The notes below the pieces were generated by a model. That model saw only the letters and a program-made list of their open reading frames with translations, did no database searches and was not told where the DNA came from. Source: Callorhinchus milii (taxonomy: Eukaryota). From it: DNA of 64,000 nucleotides. Positions within the stretch are counted from its first letter, which is position 1. The number at the start of each line of letters is the position of its first letter. Location: the NCBI RefSeq assembly GCF_018977255.1, contig NW_024704743.1, positions 25,918,001 through 25,982,000 of the forward strand, given 5' to 3'. The position numbers were made by a program, and so were the translations under genes. This document shows positions 52,667-64,000 of the stretch, piece by piece.

Positions 52667-52734
52667 GTCAGACAGTGCTATCAACAGCAGACTACAGGCA
52701 TGCGGGTTTAGCTGTTGATAGCACTGTCTGACAA
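52665..52734. repeat. Perfect 24-bp inverted repeat with 22-nt spacer
   Basis: TTGTCAGACAGTGCTATCAACAGC (52665-52688) and GCTGTTGATAGCACTGTCTGACAA (52711-52734). Confidence 0.95.
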
Positions 52735-53327
52735 GCTTTCTATTGTTTTTCCAGCTTGAACCACCCTAACCTTGAGCGGTTTGAGCAGGGCTATCAGAAC
52801 CAAGAAGAATCCCTACCCCCAGTGACTCGTCTGTCACTCCATGTCTTGCCAATGAGCCAGGCTTGCTGGTCTATCAGCACCAATACCTTGGGGTATTGCA
52901 GAACCGCATAGCTCAGTCATTTGTAGAAACAGTGGTCCCAATATAGTGTTGGTCGGGTAGTTCCAGGATTTGGACCTAGCAACATAGCAGCCAATTTGTG
53001 CACTGCAAGGCCCCATAATAGCAATTAAATGAATGATCAACTTATCCAGAGCACCGTTGCCCAGGACACCGGGAGAAACTCCCTTCTCCCAGAGTACCTC
53101 CAGGATGACTTGACTCAATTTTGTTTCTTAACTATGGAATCATCGTAGTAAAAATGCTGCACAGCTGCAACAATGCACAACTGTTCTCCTGTTCTCTCTC
53201 CTTATCAAGTGGACCAGCATCTCTTTAAAATGCTTATATGAATTTTGACATAGTCAGTAGGTGATTCACACCTGTTTGGCTGCACTCCCACAACTGCTAA
53301 TATTTCTTATGCTAAAATTCACTTTGA

Positions 53328-53596
53328 TATAATAATAATCTTTGATATCGTGCCATATCACTTCGTTGAGACATCTCAAAGTGCTTCACAGAATATACTG
53401 TAAAGTGAATTGACCGTATATTGTTTAGACGAAATGCAGCAGCTAATTGCGCACAGTGGTGTTTCACAAACAGTCGTGGATTGAGTAACCACATTTTTTT
53501 TGGAGGGCTTTTTACCCCCAGAAACCAATCTGTCAATTGACTAACAACCGAGTTATTGCTAGGTTAACAGTGAGTGTTGGAGTTAGGAAACTCCAC
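53328..53596 (-). mobile_element. tRNA-derived SINE, long subfamily, 5' truncated
   Basis: Central domain and tail on the reverse strand. Confidence 0.8.
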
Positions 53597-54212
53597 ATTC
53601 ACATCACTTATTTCCAGAGCAAGACATAGACAGATGATATCTTTAATCGCTCAAGGCAATCTGTAGTGAGTGTTTGTATCCATCTACCTTGATTAATTTA
53701 GTAAACCACAGAGAGCTGGCAATGATAGCAATGGATTGGAGGGAACTAAATTACAGGATTCCTAAACACTTAAGGTATTATTTTTTGTAGTAATAGCTTG
53801 GCAATTGCCTCTTTACATATTTAACTAAAGTAACTTCAACACAACTTTTAACTGCCATATGTATTGTTTTAATGGGACCATAGTAAACACTATGATAGCA
53901 AAAGGTGTAAACGCAAGGGCTACATTTCAAATTGTGTTCAGACTACATTCATGAACTAAGCAAGCTCTGTGCTGTTAAAATTATTTTACGGGTTCAATCT
54001 CAAATGTTTATTGGGCAAAAGCTATGAGAGTCTTAACCAGTCCTAAACTTTTCTATGGTACTCTTTTGGAAACACCAGCAGGTGGCATTACTCTATGGCT
54101 AAGTGATTTGTTCCACTCATGGCCTGAGTCTTGCCATTTTCTTTTACTCTGAAGCAAGCTATTGTCCAATATCCTATTGTATAAATTTTAAGCCCCACAG
54201 AAGGCTTTATTA

Positions 54213-54545
54213 TCCCCTACCAACCCACCCGCTCCCTCCGCTCAGCCAGCTCCAGCCTGCTCCACGTCCCCCAACCCACTCACCCCATCATTGGCGGGAG
54301 AGCCTTCAGCCACTCTGCCCCCAACCTCTGCAACTCCATCCCCCAATCACTCTGCCTTGCCCCTCCTTAGCCTCCTTCAAGTCCCACCTCAAAACACTCC
54401 TCTTCGACCATCCCATTGGTCACCCCCCACTTCCCCCCACCCCGCACCTGACCCCAGCTCGGGTCTGAAATGCTGTACACTGTCCAGTGCCTTGGGACGT
54501 CCTCCCGACATGAAAGGCGCTATACAAATGTAATCTTGTTGTATT
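54213..54545 (+). mobile_element. L2 LINE 3' fragment
   Basis: Same subfamily as 22225-22610 (CTCGGGTCTGAAATGCTGTACACTGTCCAG 3' UTR). Confidence 0.9.
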
Positions 54546-56384
54546 ATTATTATCTTTCTTTGCTTAATAATAACAATAATAATAATCATGCTAGTTGCCT
54601 AAGGTTATTTGTCTAGGATGGAAATTCATGCTTTCCTAGGTCACAAAGTAAGCTCTTACTAATCTGATATTCCAGGCACACAGATAAACTCAGGTACATT
54701 CATAATCAACCAACCATCTGTTTATCCTGAAGAGAAAGACCTTCCTTTCCTCGCTTTTATCCTTCTCTTCTTTCTCACTCAACCTTGCAGAAAAGGTCAT
54801 CAGTCTTCCAGCTTAACTTTAGGAGATTGCCATTGACCTTGACTCAATTGGACAGCCTTTCAGCTTGACCTCCCAGCTGTCAGACAAGGGCCGCTCTTCA
54901 TACCCTCAAACAATAGTGGTGTTTGAAGACTAATCCCTGAACACGTGATTGTTTCCTCCGAGCTCACCACCGCACCGCTAGGAACACAGATAAAAGGCAT
55001 TCTATGCACATATCCAAGTTTCGTATTTGTATCCAGGAGGGTCACAGAAACTCACGAGAAACAGCTTGTATGTATTATTCTCTGAGCTTCTTACAAGTAT
55101 GCAAATCTCTCTGCCAAAATGTTTAAATTTTATTTTGCTGAGTTTTTCTTTGAATTGCTACTGCTCCCTCCCCACACCGCCCCCTCAGTGATGGGATCTG
55201 ACATTGATATTGTCTTATAACAAGGAACCAAATATCACACAGAATCGCAAATCTATAACCGTGCAAAGGCTGCTGTGTGTTTGATCAGCAAGCTCCGTAC
55301 CAGGTATAATATAAAAGTTATTATTTTTCCCAAAAGGTGAGTTTGGAGTTGAAAGAGAGATAGACAGTTAATTGGATAATTGGGAATAGTGAAGAATATG
55401 GTGAAAGGGCAGGACATTGGAATCAAATGATCTGCCAAGATCTAATAAACTGCTGGAACAGGCATGATGAGTTGAATGGCCTCCTCTTGCTCCTGTTTTC
55501 CTACATATCTAAGCCTGATCTGAAATGCTAATTGTGACTTCCAGCTTGCAAATATTGGATAGCGAGACTCACAATGTGGTCACTCGGGAATCACAAGCCA
55601 GCGAAGTCCAGAATAAGGCCAGTGAGCAAAATCATAATTCAATATTCATCAGCTGGAAGTTGCAGTTCATGGAACCAATTTGTGAAAATGGAACTTGTGA
55701 TCAGACTGGGATTAGAAAAGAAGCACTTATCAGTTAAGGAATGGGTGGGTGCATTGCTATTAGCAAAGAGCATCTTGTGACTCACAAAACTCACTGACTC
55801 TAAGACGATCTCAGCCCAGAGATGAAGTCTTCTAAGTCTGCATGTGAGTCTGCTACCATGTACACTGGTCTCCATGTAGAAAATAGAGCTTAGTCTTGAG
55901 GCCCTTTTCCTGGCAGAAAGGCTCCTGAGTAATGCTTCATCAATGTCTATGAGAGATTCTTAACATCATCACCCAATAAAAATGAAGAAACCTCATCAGG
56001 GCAGAAACTCCACCCAGGTCGGAACCTATCTATTTATGGATCATTTCACAGTGTCCAAAACGTGGCATATATACATTTCTCTATACAATTCTCTTAAGAA
56101 ATACAAAACAAAAATATCTTCAGAGTTAAGTTTGAATTCAATAATTTGCCAAATTTGAGACGCTCTGAAATGTTAAGAAAATAGAGTAAATTAGATCCAG
56201 GTGGAAGTTCTCCCCATTCAGACAAAAATTAAATGTTCATCACCACTGAAACTTGAGCAAATGACCAGAGAGGCATGAAAATAGAGCTCTGAGCCGTGTA
56301 TAGTAAATGGCCAGTTAAATCTCGGGTTCATGTTTAAGCCTAGCGAATAGAGAACAGAGGTGTCTGCATGGTTCTATTGGTTAC

Positions 56385-57170
56385 AACAACAACAGCTTGC
56401 ATTCATATAGCACCCTTCACACTGGACAGTGTCTTGGAGCGCTTAGCAGTGGAGGATCCCGATTCCGAGCCACTGGGAGGGGGAAGGTGGCCGAAGGCAC
56501 GGTCGAAAGAGGCAGGTCTTCGAGGGTGACCTGAAAATGGGGAGAGGGGGGGTACAGTGAAGGGATTGAGGGAGCGAGTTCCACAGCTTCAGGGTGTAGC
56601 CCTACCTCTGCGACCTCCTAACCCCGTACTATCCTGCTTCACGTCCCCGCCCTCACCATCCCCACCATTGGCAGGCAGGCCGTCTGCCATTCTGTCCCCA
56701 TCCTCTGGAACTTCATCCCGCAGTCCCTCCGCCTCAACCCCTCCTTTGCCTCATTCAAGACCCATCTCAAGACCCTCCTCTTGGACTGTGCTTTCAATCA
56801 CCCTCCTTCCCCCTCTGTCCTCCACCCTTCCTGATCCCGACCCCCAGCTTCGGTCCAGAATACTGACTGTTCAGCACCTTGGGGCGTCCTCCCATCTTGA
56901 AAGGCGCTTTACAAATGTAATTTTGTTGTTGTTGTTGTTGTAGTGGCTAAAAGCACGGCCGCTGATGGTGGAGCAGAGGGTGCGGGTGCTAAGGAGGAGG
57001 CCGGAGCCAGTCGAGCGGATGCTGAGGATAATAGTCTAGGGAGAGAGCAGGTTGGAGAAATAGAGGGGTGCCAGGGCGTGAAGGGATTTAAATACAAGAG
57101 TGAAGACCTTGAGATCGATCTGCTCTGTGACAGGGAACCAAGTTAGTTTGACAAGGACTGGGGTAATGGA
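56385..57170 (-). mobile_element. L2 3' fragment interrupted by an opposite-strand L2 (~56601-56940, +)
   Basis: Minus-strand L2 breaks after GGGTGTAG and resumes at TGTAGTGGCTAAA; TGTAG duplicated. Confidence 0.8.
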
Positions 57171-57584
57171 GGTTGTGGGTTCAAGCCAGAGGTGGGGCTA
57201 AGATCAAAGGATTGTGGGGGGGTGGGGGGTGGTGAGCTGAAGTCCAGATGTGGGAGACTTGGCTCCCCACTGATTGCCGTTTGAGCTGTCTGTCAGTGTC
57301 AGTTGGCGAGGTGGGGGGCTGTGACTGTTAGATCAGAGAGCTATTGCTTCATGGGCTGCACGCACAGCACGGCCATGACCTCGTCCTCCAATGTCAAGTT
57401 ACTGTTTGCGTCAGATTCAAAATGGCAATGCGGTCATGATCAGGAATTTAAAAGTAAGCGAGGAAATTATTTGAAGTCAGTCTTGACCTATTGACATACA
57501 AACTTGGCCGATCTCAAAGTGATTGGGGGTGGAGTGGGGGGGGGGGGGGGGGGCGGTGGGGTGTCATGAGCACCCCTTACTCTC

Positions 57585-58210
57585 CCACTGGCTCTGTGAC
57601 GGGTTTAAGCCCCATGTCAGGACTTTGAGCACATTGTCCAGGCTGATACTCCAGTGCAATGCTCGAGGAGTACTGCATTATCAGAGGTATCTTCTTTCAC
57701 ATGAGATCTTAAACCAAGGTCCTGCTTGTTCTAGATGTTAAAGATAAATAATATTAATAATCCCTACATGTAATGGAGTGCCACTCACTTTGAGAGGATG
57801 TCCCAAAGCCCATGATAGGATTTACTGTAAAGCGTAGTGTATTTTGTAGACAAACCTATATCCATTGACACCATTCAAAAAGAGAAGGGAGTTTCTCCTA
57901 GTGTCCTGGTGAGTAAACCCCTGGTTAAAAAATGTTCATTTACTTCCTTACTATTTGTAGGATATTACTGTGTACAAAATTGGCTGCTACATTTGTCTCC
58001 AAATACCCAGTCACTACCCTTTACAGCAAAATCAGGTGAAGTGCTTTGAGTTGTTTTGATGATGTAATAATCCTTGTACCTGATTACAACTCCTTTCACA
58101 TCAGGAGGACATCTCAAAGCGCTTCACAGAATATATTGCAAAATGTAGTAACTTTGTATTTGTAGGTAAATGCAGCAGCCAACAATATCCCTCAAACAAC
58201 CATGACGTGA
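57585..58210. mobile_element. Deu-SINE (+) followed by a SINE tail (-)
   Basis: GGGTTTAAGCCCC ... ATGAGATCTTAAACCAAGG ... GTGTCCTGG ... AATTGGCTGC; reverse tail at 58065-58210. Confidence 0.7.
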
Positions 58211-58689
58211 CATGGTTTTGCAGCTAACTATTCACACAGCCTTGTTTGTATTGGATTGTTCAATCCAGATTATGTCCTGTTTACAGACATCCCAAATGCC
58301 AAGAATTCCTACTTCAAAGACCTTGTGTAAATGTTCCAGAGCTGAAATTCCTTCCAGCACAGCTCCCCCTGTGCAGATATTCAATCCCATGACCTGAGTG
58401 TGACAGAGATTTAACGGTTTGGGTTGAAGCTCACTCATGTTTAAACGCATTAAGATTCTGAACTGAAACCTTGAGTGATTTGGCCATCTGTTGCCTTTTG
58501 GTTAAATGCTATCCACCTGGATTAATCTGGCCAGATTCTAAAAGAATTCAAACCCATGGTTAAAGGAAGCAGGTCAATAATATAGCAACCACAGCATTTT
58601 AGATCAAGTAACAGAACAATTTAGGTTGTGTGGGAAACAAACATGTGTTGAGATATTTTATGTCCATGAAGATGAGGAAGATTAGTTTC

Positions 58690-59090
58690 TACTTTTGTAT
58701 CCAATGTCACCATCACGTATTCCAACACTGATGCGGTGCTGAGAAGATATCATGTAGAGTTCCCTCTGTACTGATTCAACAAAATGCCTGAACTCGAATC
58801 TCAGGAAAACGTGCCCCATTGCACAATTATAATTTACCCTTTACAATTTACTGCACCAGCTGTTCCAGCCTGTTGAGTCGGACTGGCAATCGAGCTCCAA
58901 CTAATGCCAGTTCATGAAGTACTTTGGGTCATAGTCTCACAAGTATTAAGCGCTGGGCTGAGACTGTCAAAACAAAACACAGTTCTCTTAGGTAATAACA
59001 GCCAGCAGAAAGAGGAGATGTTGACACTGTCCATTTGGACTGAATTTGAAAGGGAAGAATTCTAACATGCAGTGATATACAGTGTCCCTC
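58690..59090 (-). mobile_element. LF-SINE-like relic
   Basis: Reverse strand has TTCAAATTCAGTCCA ... GCTGGCTGTT ... GTCTCAGCCCAG ... AACTGGCATTAGTTGG ... GAGTTCAGGCAT, colinear with LF-SINE as recalled. Confidence 0.5.
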
Positions 59091-59739
59091 AATGGTTCTT
59101 CCACCCTCTGATCAGTTGCTCAGCACGACAACAGCACAGAGAGAAGATAATAACAATGTGTATCTATCTTGCTCAGAGCATAGCCCTAGAAGATTAAAGG
59201 ACATGGCCTTGTACAATGCTATGTTTTGACCAAAAGTAGCTGAATTTAAATATTAGCCACAATGAATAGATTTCATGAGTGAACTGTTGACATAAAGACC
59301 CAACCACTATAAAAGGTAACAACAGTGTGTTGCCTTTTTTCTCTGACGAGAAAAAGTTTTTTGATGTGGTTCAGGGGGTCTTCAGAGTCTTGAACATTTT
59401 TTTCAAACATTTTTGTTTTATCCAATGTTCTGTTTCTCATAAAATAATACAGCATTTGTTTCTTTATGAACAAAAATGTGCAGATCTAGTCAACTTGTGG
59501 CTGACCCTGGGAATTCTGTACATATTATATGTTTTTTTCCCAACCTCCTAGAAGCTGGTCAGGAAATCTCCTCTCCAGCTTCAGACTCTAATGAGTTTGT
59601 GTATAAGTATAATTTTTTGGAGGACAAGCATCTCACAGGAGCTGAGGGATCCAGATCTGTTGGTCAATGAAATGACGCTACATCTCAAAGTTTTCCGTGC
59701 CAGAAAGGGTAGTTGCTTTCTTGATAAGCCTTTCACGAC

Positions 59740-60020
59740 CCGTCCTTCGGATGAGATGTTAAATCAAGGTCCCGCTTTCCTGTTCAGGTGGATGTTAAAG
59801 ATCGCATCGCACCATTCAAAAAGAGAAGTGAGTTTCTCTCTCCCGGTGTACCGGCCAACAATTCCCCCAAATACAATTGGTCACTCACTCCATGCCTGTT
59901 TGTGGGACGTTGCTGTCGCAATTCCCCAACAAAATACACAGTCAATCCCCTTTGCAGTATATCCTGTGAAGCGCTTTGAGAAGGCACTATATCAAATGCA
60001 AGGATTATTATATATTATTA
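59740..60020 (+). mobile_element. SacSINE1-like Deu-SINE (5' truncated)
   Basis: CCTTCGGATGAGATGTTAAATCAAGG ... CTGTTCAGGTGGATGTTAAAGATC ... tail. Confidence 0.85.
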
Positions 60021-62731
60021 TATCTGCTTGTGATCTTCAGTGATGAATTCACAATGGTTTGAAAGTATTCAGAGATCCTATGTTGTTCCTTATTGTTGCC
60101 AATGATCGGATCATCTTTCCATGCTTTTCCCGTTAAATCATATGTATTTGCAATGAATATTGTTTTCCTCAGTTGGAGAGGTTGCTAGCCATGTTCAATG
60201 GGCCTCTCTTACCAGTCTATTCTAAGCACAAGACTGTTTAAGATGTGAATGTTCTCCAGTTTCACTCAGCCTCCTTTGAGAATATCGCCTGCTCAGATTC
60301 CGGTCATCCTTTCTCAGCTCTTTCTTGTTTTGGAAGCTTTCTGCTCCTCCATTGTGGTTAAAAAAGCGCTCGGCAGAAAAACCACAGGGTAAATGGTGCG
60401 AATCCCAGTAAAAGCATCTCAGGACACAAAGTATGTCTCCCGCAGTGAATATCATGCTGAATCATGAGAAAAAGGCTCTGAGGCAATCTCTGGTCAGAGC
60501 AGAATTCTCATGAGTTGGGTGACTTGCATGTCATGTTATGGTATTCCATCATAAGATACACTTTATGTTCTGAGAGCAGTTTTTCTTCCCTCATGGCATT
60601 CACCCACAAAACCCAGTTACTGCATTTTACAATGTATCCTGTGAAGTGCTTTGGGACGTCCTCCTAACGTGAAAGGTGCTATACCAAATGTAAGGATTAT
60701 TATTATTACATTAAAGTTTTCACAATTAACCCTTTTTCAATTCTCCCCCATCTCCCATCCCCTTCCCCTCGTGTGTGTACCTTCGTCCAATTTAAGCTTG
60801 TCTAGATCATCCTTCCTCAACAGAAAAGGATCTTAAGACTCCAGTTATTACTTTGAAATAATCATTATAAATAAAGGGCTATTTTGTTTAGTTTAAACAA
60901 TTATTGAGAAATAACCTTTTTTTTAAGACTTGAAAATTTATACCTGACTGTCTCCTACTCCAGACTCTTCTGAGATGCTGGTTCTGAATAAATGAATCTG
61001 GTGTGATAGCTTTGGTCTTTTACTAGTAAACCACAAATCTATTCTTTTTGAGGTATTTAAATCTGCATTATTTACACTTAGAGATAAAACTATTGAATTT
61101 ACAACAAGCTACCAAACAGATACAAATAATCTGTGGAATAATTCATTCCAGGTAATTAAGAAATGTGCTTTGGTCCTAAATTATTCACTAATATACTTTG
61201 TGAATCTTATTTTTAAATAACAGAAGGAACATTCATCTTAAGATCTGTTGAAGGAAACTGTTGGAAGCATGTCATCAGCTCAAAGAGCAATGTGCCTCTT
61301 GTAAGTGATTACTATGTCAAGTATTTCTATATGCAAATGTAATCCCAGTAACCTACATTATTTGGTTTGATATTTTGAAGGGTAATTTTTTTCTGAAATA
61401 TTACTGTGCTACAAACACTGCTCAGAGATAATAAGTACACATCCTATGCAGCCATGACATACTATTTTATTTCTGGGAGTAAAAGTAACCACATGAGGAA
61501 TGTGCTCTAAATTCCCTCAGGATGCAGTCGAGGAAGACTTAACCAATGATCAGCAGCCTAGAGCCTTTGGCTAGCAGACTCACAGAGGGGTAAACAGCCT
61601 ATGAAGCTTTCAGAGAGAGTTGTTGTTTTAGGGGAAGGGTGTCATGGATGAAGCAACCTCTGGGAACAGCTGGCAGCCTGGAGTCTCCAGGAGAGATTTC
61701 ACATTTGAAGTGGGGATGCCGGTGATGGAGTCAGCCTGGGAGAGAGGGAAAAGGTCTAGCTGGCCAGTATTATTCTGCAACTGTAACATAGAGAACAAAT
61801 GATCTGCGGCATTGAATGGGGCTTGAAATATCCCAAAGACTCGTGTGTGGATAAAACACAAACCGATTCTAAGGCTGTGATCAGTTATGCCATCAGAATC
61901 AGAACTGAACAAAGCAATGTATCTCAAAGAACTTTGGAGGTCCCAGTTTGGTAAAAGCTCCTAAGCTGGTGGATCCCTTGCTGAATTCTACTACCTGAAC
62001 TGTTCTGCACTGTCGCAGCACTTTGGGACATCCTCCTGACATAAAAGACCTAAATAAAATTTGTTATTGTTGTTCTAACAACAGACTACTAACAACTGCT
62101 ACAGTTGTCCTGATATACAGAACCAACCAGGATCACAACATCCATATTCCCTAAGGATCTGCTTCCTTTCTCATCTGTGAGCAAAATCCTAGCAAAAACT
62201 CCTGGCCTCCTGTCCTAGAATTCGTCCACCCAGAACAAATTTGTTACTAAACGGGAATTCTTAAGGAAACGGCGACTTACTCAACCAAACCTGGTCCTCT
62301 CCAATGTAACACAGAAATCCTTTGACCTGCTAGGTTGGAGAATTTGTTATAGCGCCTTATCAGGTCTTCAAGACATCTCAAAGCACGTCACAGAATATAC
62401 TGTAAAATGAATTCACTGCATATTTTGTGGGAGAAATATTTCCAGTGCCCAAGCAATACATTCAGATAACGGCTTAAAATCCTGTACCCCTACCCGATCT
62501 TCGCAGTGATCACCAACTGCTTGATCTTTCCTGCATTATCCCCTGCTCAATAAGGGACCACAGATGAGGCTGAGTTTGTGTGGCCTAACTGTTAATGCCT
62601 GGAAGCTAGAAAATATTTGCTTCTTTCTTGTCATAAATCTGTTTTTAAAATTTAGGGCTGAGAAACAGGCACTCTTCCTGTGGGGGCAGTGAGGATGTGA
62701 AGATGGTCTCTCTAGTTGTCTTCTTCCCACT

Positions 62732-63470
62732 GTGATGAAGTACAGAGCATGGTTGAAGTGTGCAAATCGTGCTGCTACGTCCCACTTGCTAATAATTGTA
62801 GAAGCTCAAAGTAAATCCAATTTGCTGGATCAGATTTCCTCTATAGGCAATCTGCCAGCGATGGCAAGAGATCTTACAGCTGCAACTAAAAAAAGGCGCA
62901 GAACTGTTAAAGGTGTTACAACATACTGTGCCTGGCTGGCCTCAAAACGTCCCTCATGATAACTTAAAGCCAGATTTTGATGGACAACTAGAAATGTCTC
63001 CTGAACTGGATTGTATTCTGGGGGGATTATGTCTGATAATTCCTCAGGCTCTTTGTATCTCAGCTACATGAATAACGTTCTGGCATGATTTGAAATAAAA
63101 AAATAGTTAGCTGGAAGCTGCTTTTAGGTGCCTGAACTAGACGAGGATATTGAAGCCTGTGTAAACAGCTGCCAAATGTGTCAGTCAAACAGAAACACTC
63201 TTGCTGTTGTTCTGCTCCATCCATAGAATTGAGCAGGAACCTATGGAAGAAATTTCCTATTAATTTTGCTGAACACAATGGACAGATGTATTTTGTTTTT
63301 GCTAATGCTTACTCCAGATGCATTTTTTTTTTTAAAAATCCCTGCATTTGATAATAGCGCCTTTTACATCAGGAAGCACTTCAAAGCATTTCACACAGGC
63401 TATTACTGTAAAGTGTAGTGACTATGTGTTGTGTAGGGATGCTTACTCTAAATGCATGTTACTCCAGGTG
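62732..63470 (+). mobile_element. Degenerate Ty3/Gypsy pol fragment (RNase H end, linker, integrase zinc finger, start of core)
   Basis: Across frameshifts: KYRAWLKCANRAATSHL (cf. YR.G..NADALSRL), ELLKVLQHTVPGWP, ELDCILGGLCLIIPQAL, PELDEDIEACVNSCQMCQSNR, LHP, INFAEHNGQMYFVFANAYS / DAYSK. Confidence 0.85.
63324..63438 (-). mobile_element. SINE 3' tail inserted in the Gypsy integrase, with a 19-bp TSD
   Basis: ATGCTTACTCCAGATGCAT (63305-63323) and ATGCTTACTCTAAATGCAT (63439-63457). Confidence 0.8.
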
Positions 63471-64000
63471 CACGCCTGCTCCATGTTGGCAGTGTCCTCA
63501 ACTCCTACTCCAGCAGCTGATGATGTGTTAGAACCATGCATGGTTCCTATAGCTTTATCTAGAAGAACTTGGGTTTAGTCAAAACTGATCAATGTACCAG
63601 AGTAACCCTTTGTGATTAGTTTATAATGGGATGGCCTATAATAAACACACGCTCATTACATTTAGCAATTGACATATGAAAGATTGTGTTTGTTCAGATA
63701 CAAATTTAAATTTCAATCACCTCCGGAACTTCCTGCCTCAAACCCACCATTTTGCCCCCTCTTTGCTTGTGTTCAGACTTTTCCCCTCGACTGTGCCCAA
63801 GGTCATCTCAGCATCAAACTACACCATTGTCAAGCACTCTGACGCCACCTGAGTGATGCACGTTATATAAATGCAACTTATTGTTGTTATTCAATTGAAA
63901 TCTGAGGAATTTCAGAAAACTCTAAGATGAATAGTTTAAAACTCACAAAATAAATATGCCTTTACAATGTCCCGCTTTTAAATCTGTGATTGAACTATTC

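Noticed and set aside
52665..52734. miR-21 hairpin (similar CTGTCTGACA end)
   Set aside because: The mature miR-21 sequence TAGCTTATCAGACTGATGTTGA is absent.
57374..57460. ATG-initiated plus-strand exon ending at a GTAAGC donor
   Set aside because: Peptide not recognised and no partner exon identified.
59273..59670. Cluster of short ORFs and a possible terminal exon after CCTCCTAG
   Set aside because: No recognisable homology; consistent with chance ORFs.
61628..61927. 99-aa minus-strand ORF; plus-strand frames faintly resemble a Gypsy integrase C-terminus (F.VG.PV, RVWIKH)
   Set aside because: Similarity is marginal, and it lies upstream of the RNase H relic, the wrong order for one element.

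Overview
Repeat-dense vertebrate non-coding DNA (intronic or intergenic). The repeat repertoire (SacSINE1-like Deu-SINEs, a tRNA-Ala-derived SINE with L2-type tails, many L2 and CR1 LINE copies, LF-SINE-like relics) suggests a cartilaginous fish. That taxonomic call is an inference from memory, not a database match. I found no intact host protein-coding gene or functional RNA gene. Every ORF I could assign derives from a decayed retroelement. The largest element is an internally deleted CR1 with esterase-type ORF1 and APE/RT ORF2 remnants (16040-19460, minus). A Gypsy RNase H/integrase fossil lies at 62732-63470. The most notable observations are: an unclassified A-tailed repeat in four copies; two LF-SINE-like relics; long and short SINE subfamilies whose nesting gives relative ages; a stem-loop shared by L2 and SINE tails; two miRNA-sized hairpins; and repeat-free islands that may be enhancers. 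I found no evidence of a novel multi-gene system. Repeat boundaries are approximate (about +/-10-30 bp).
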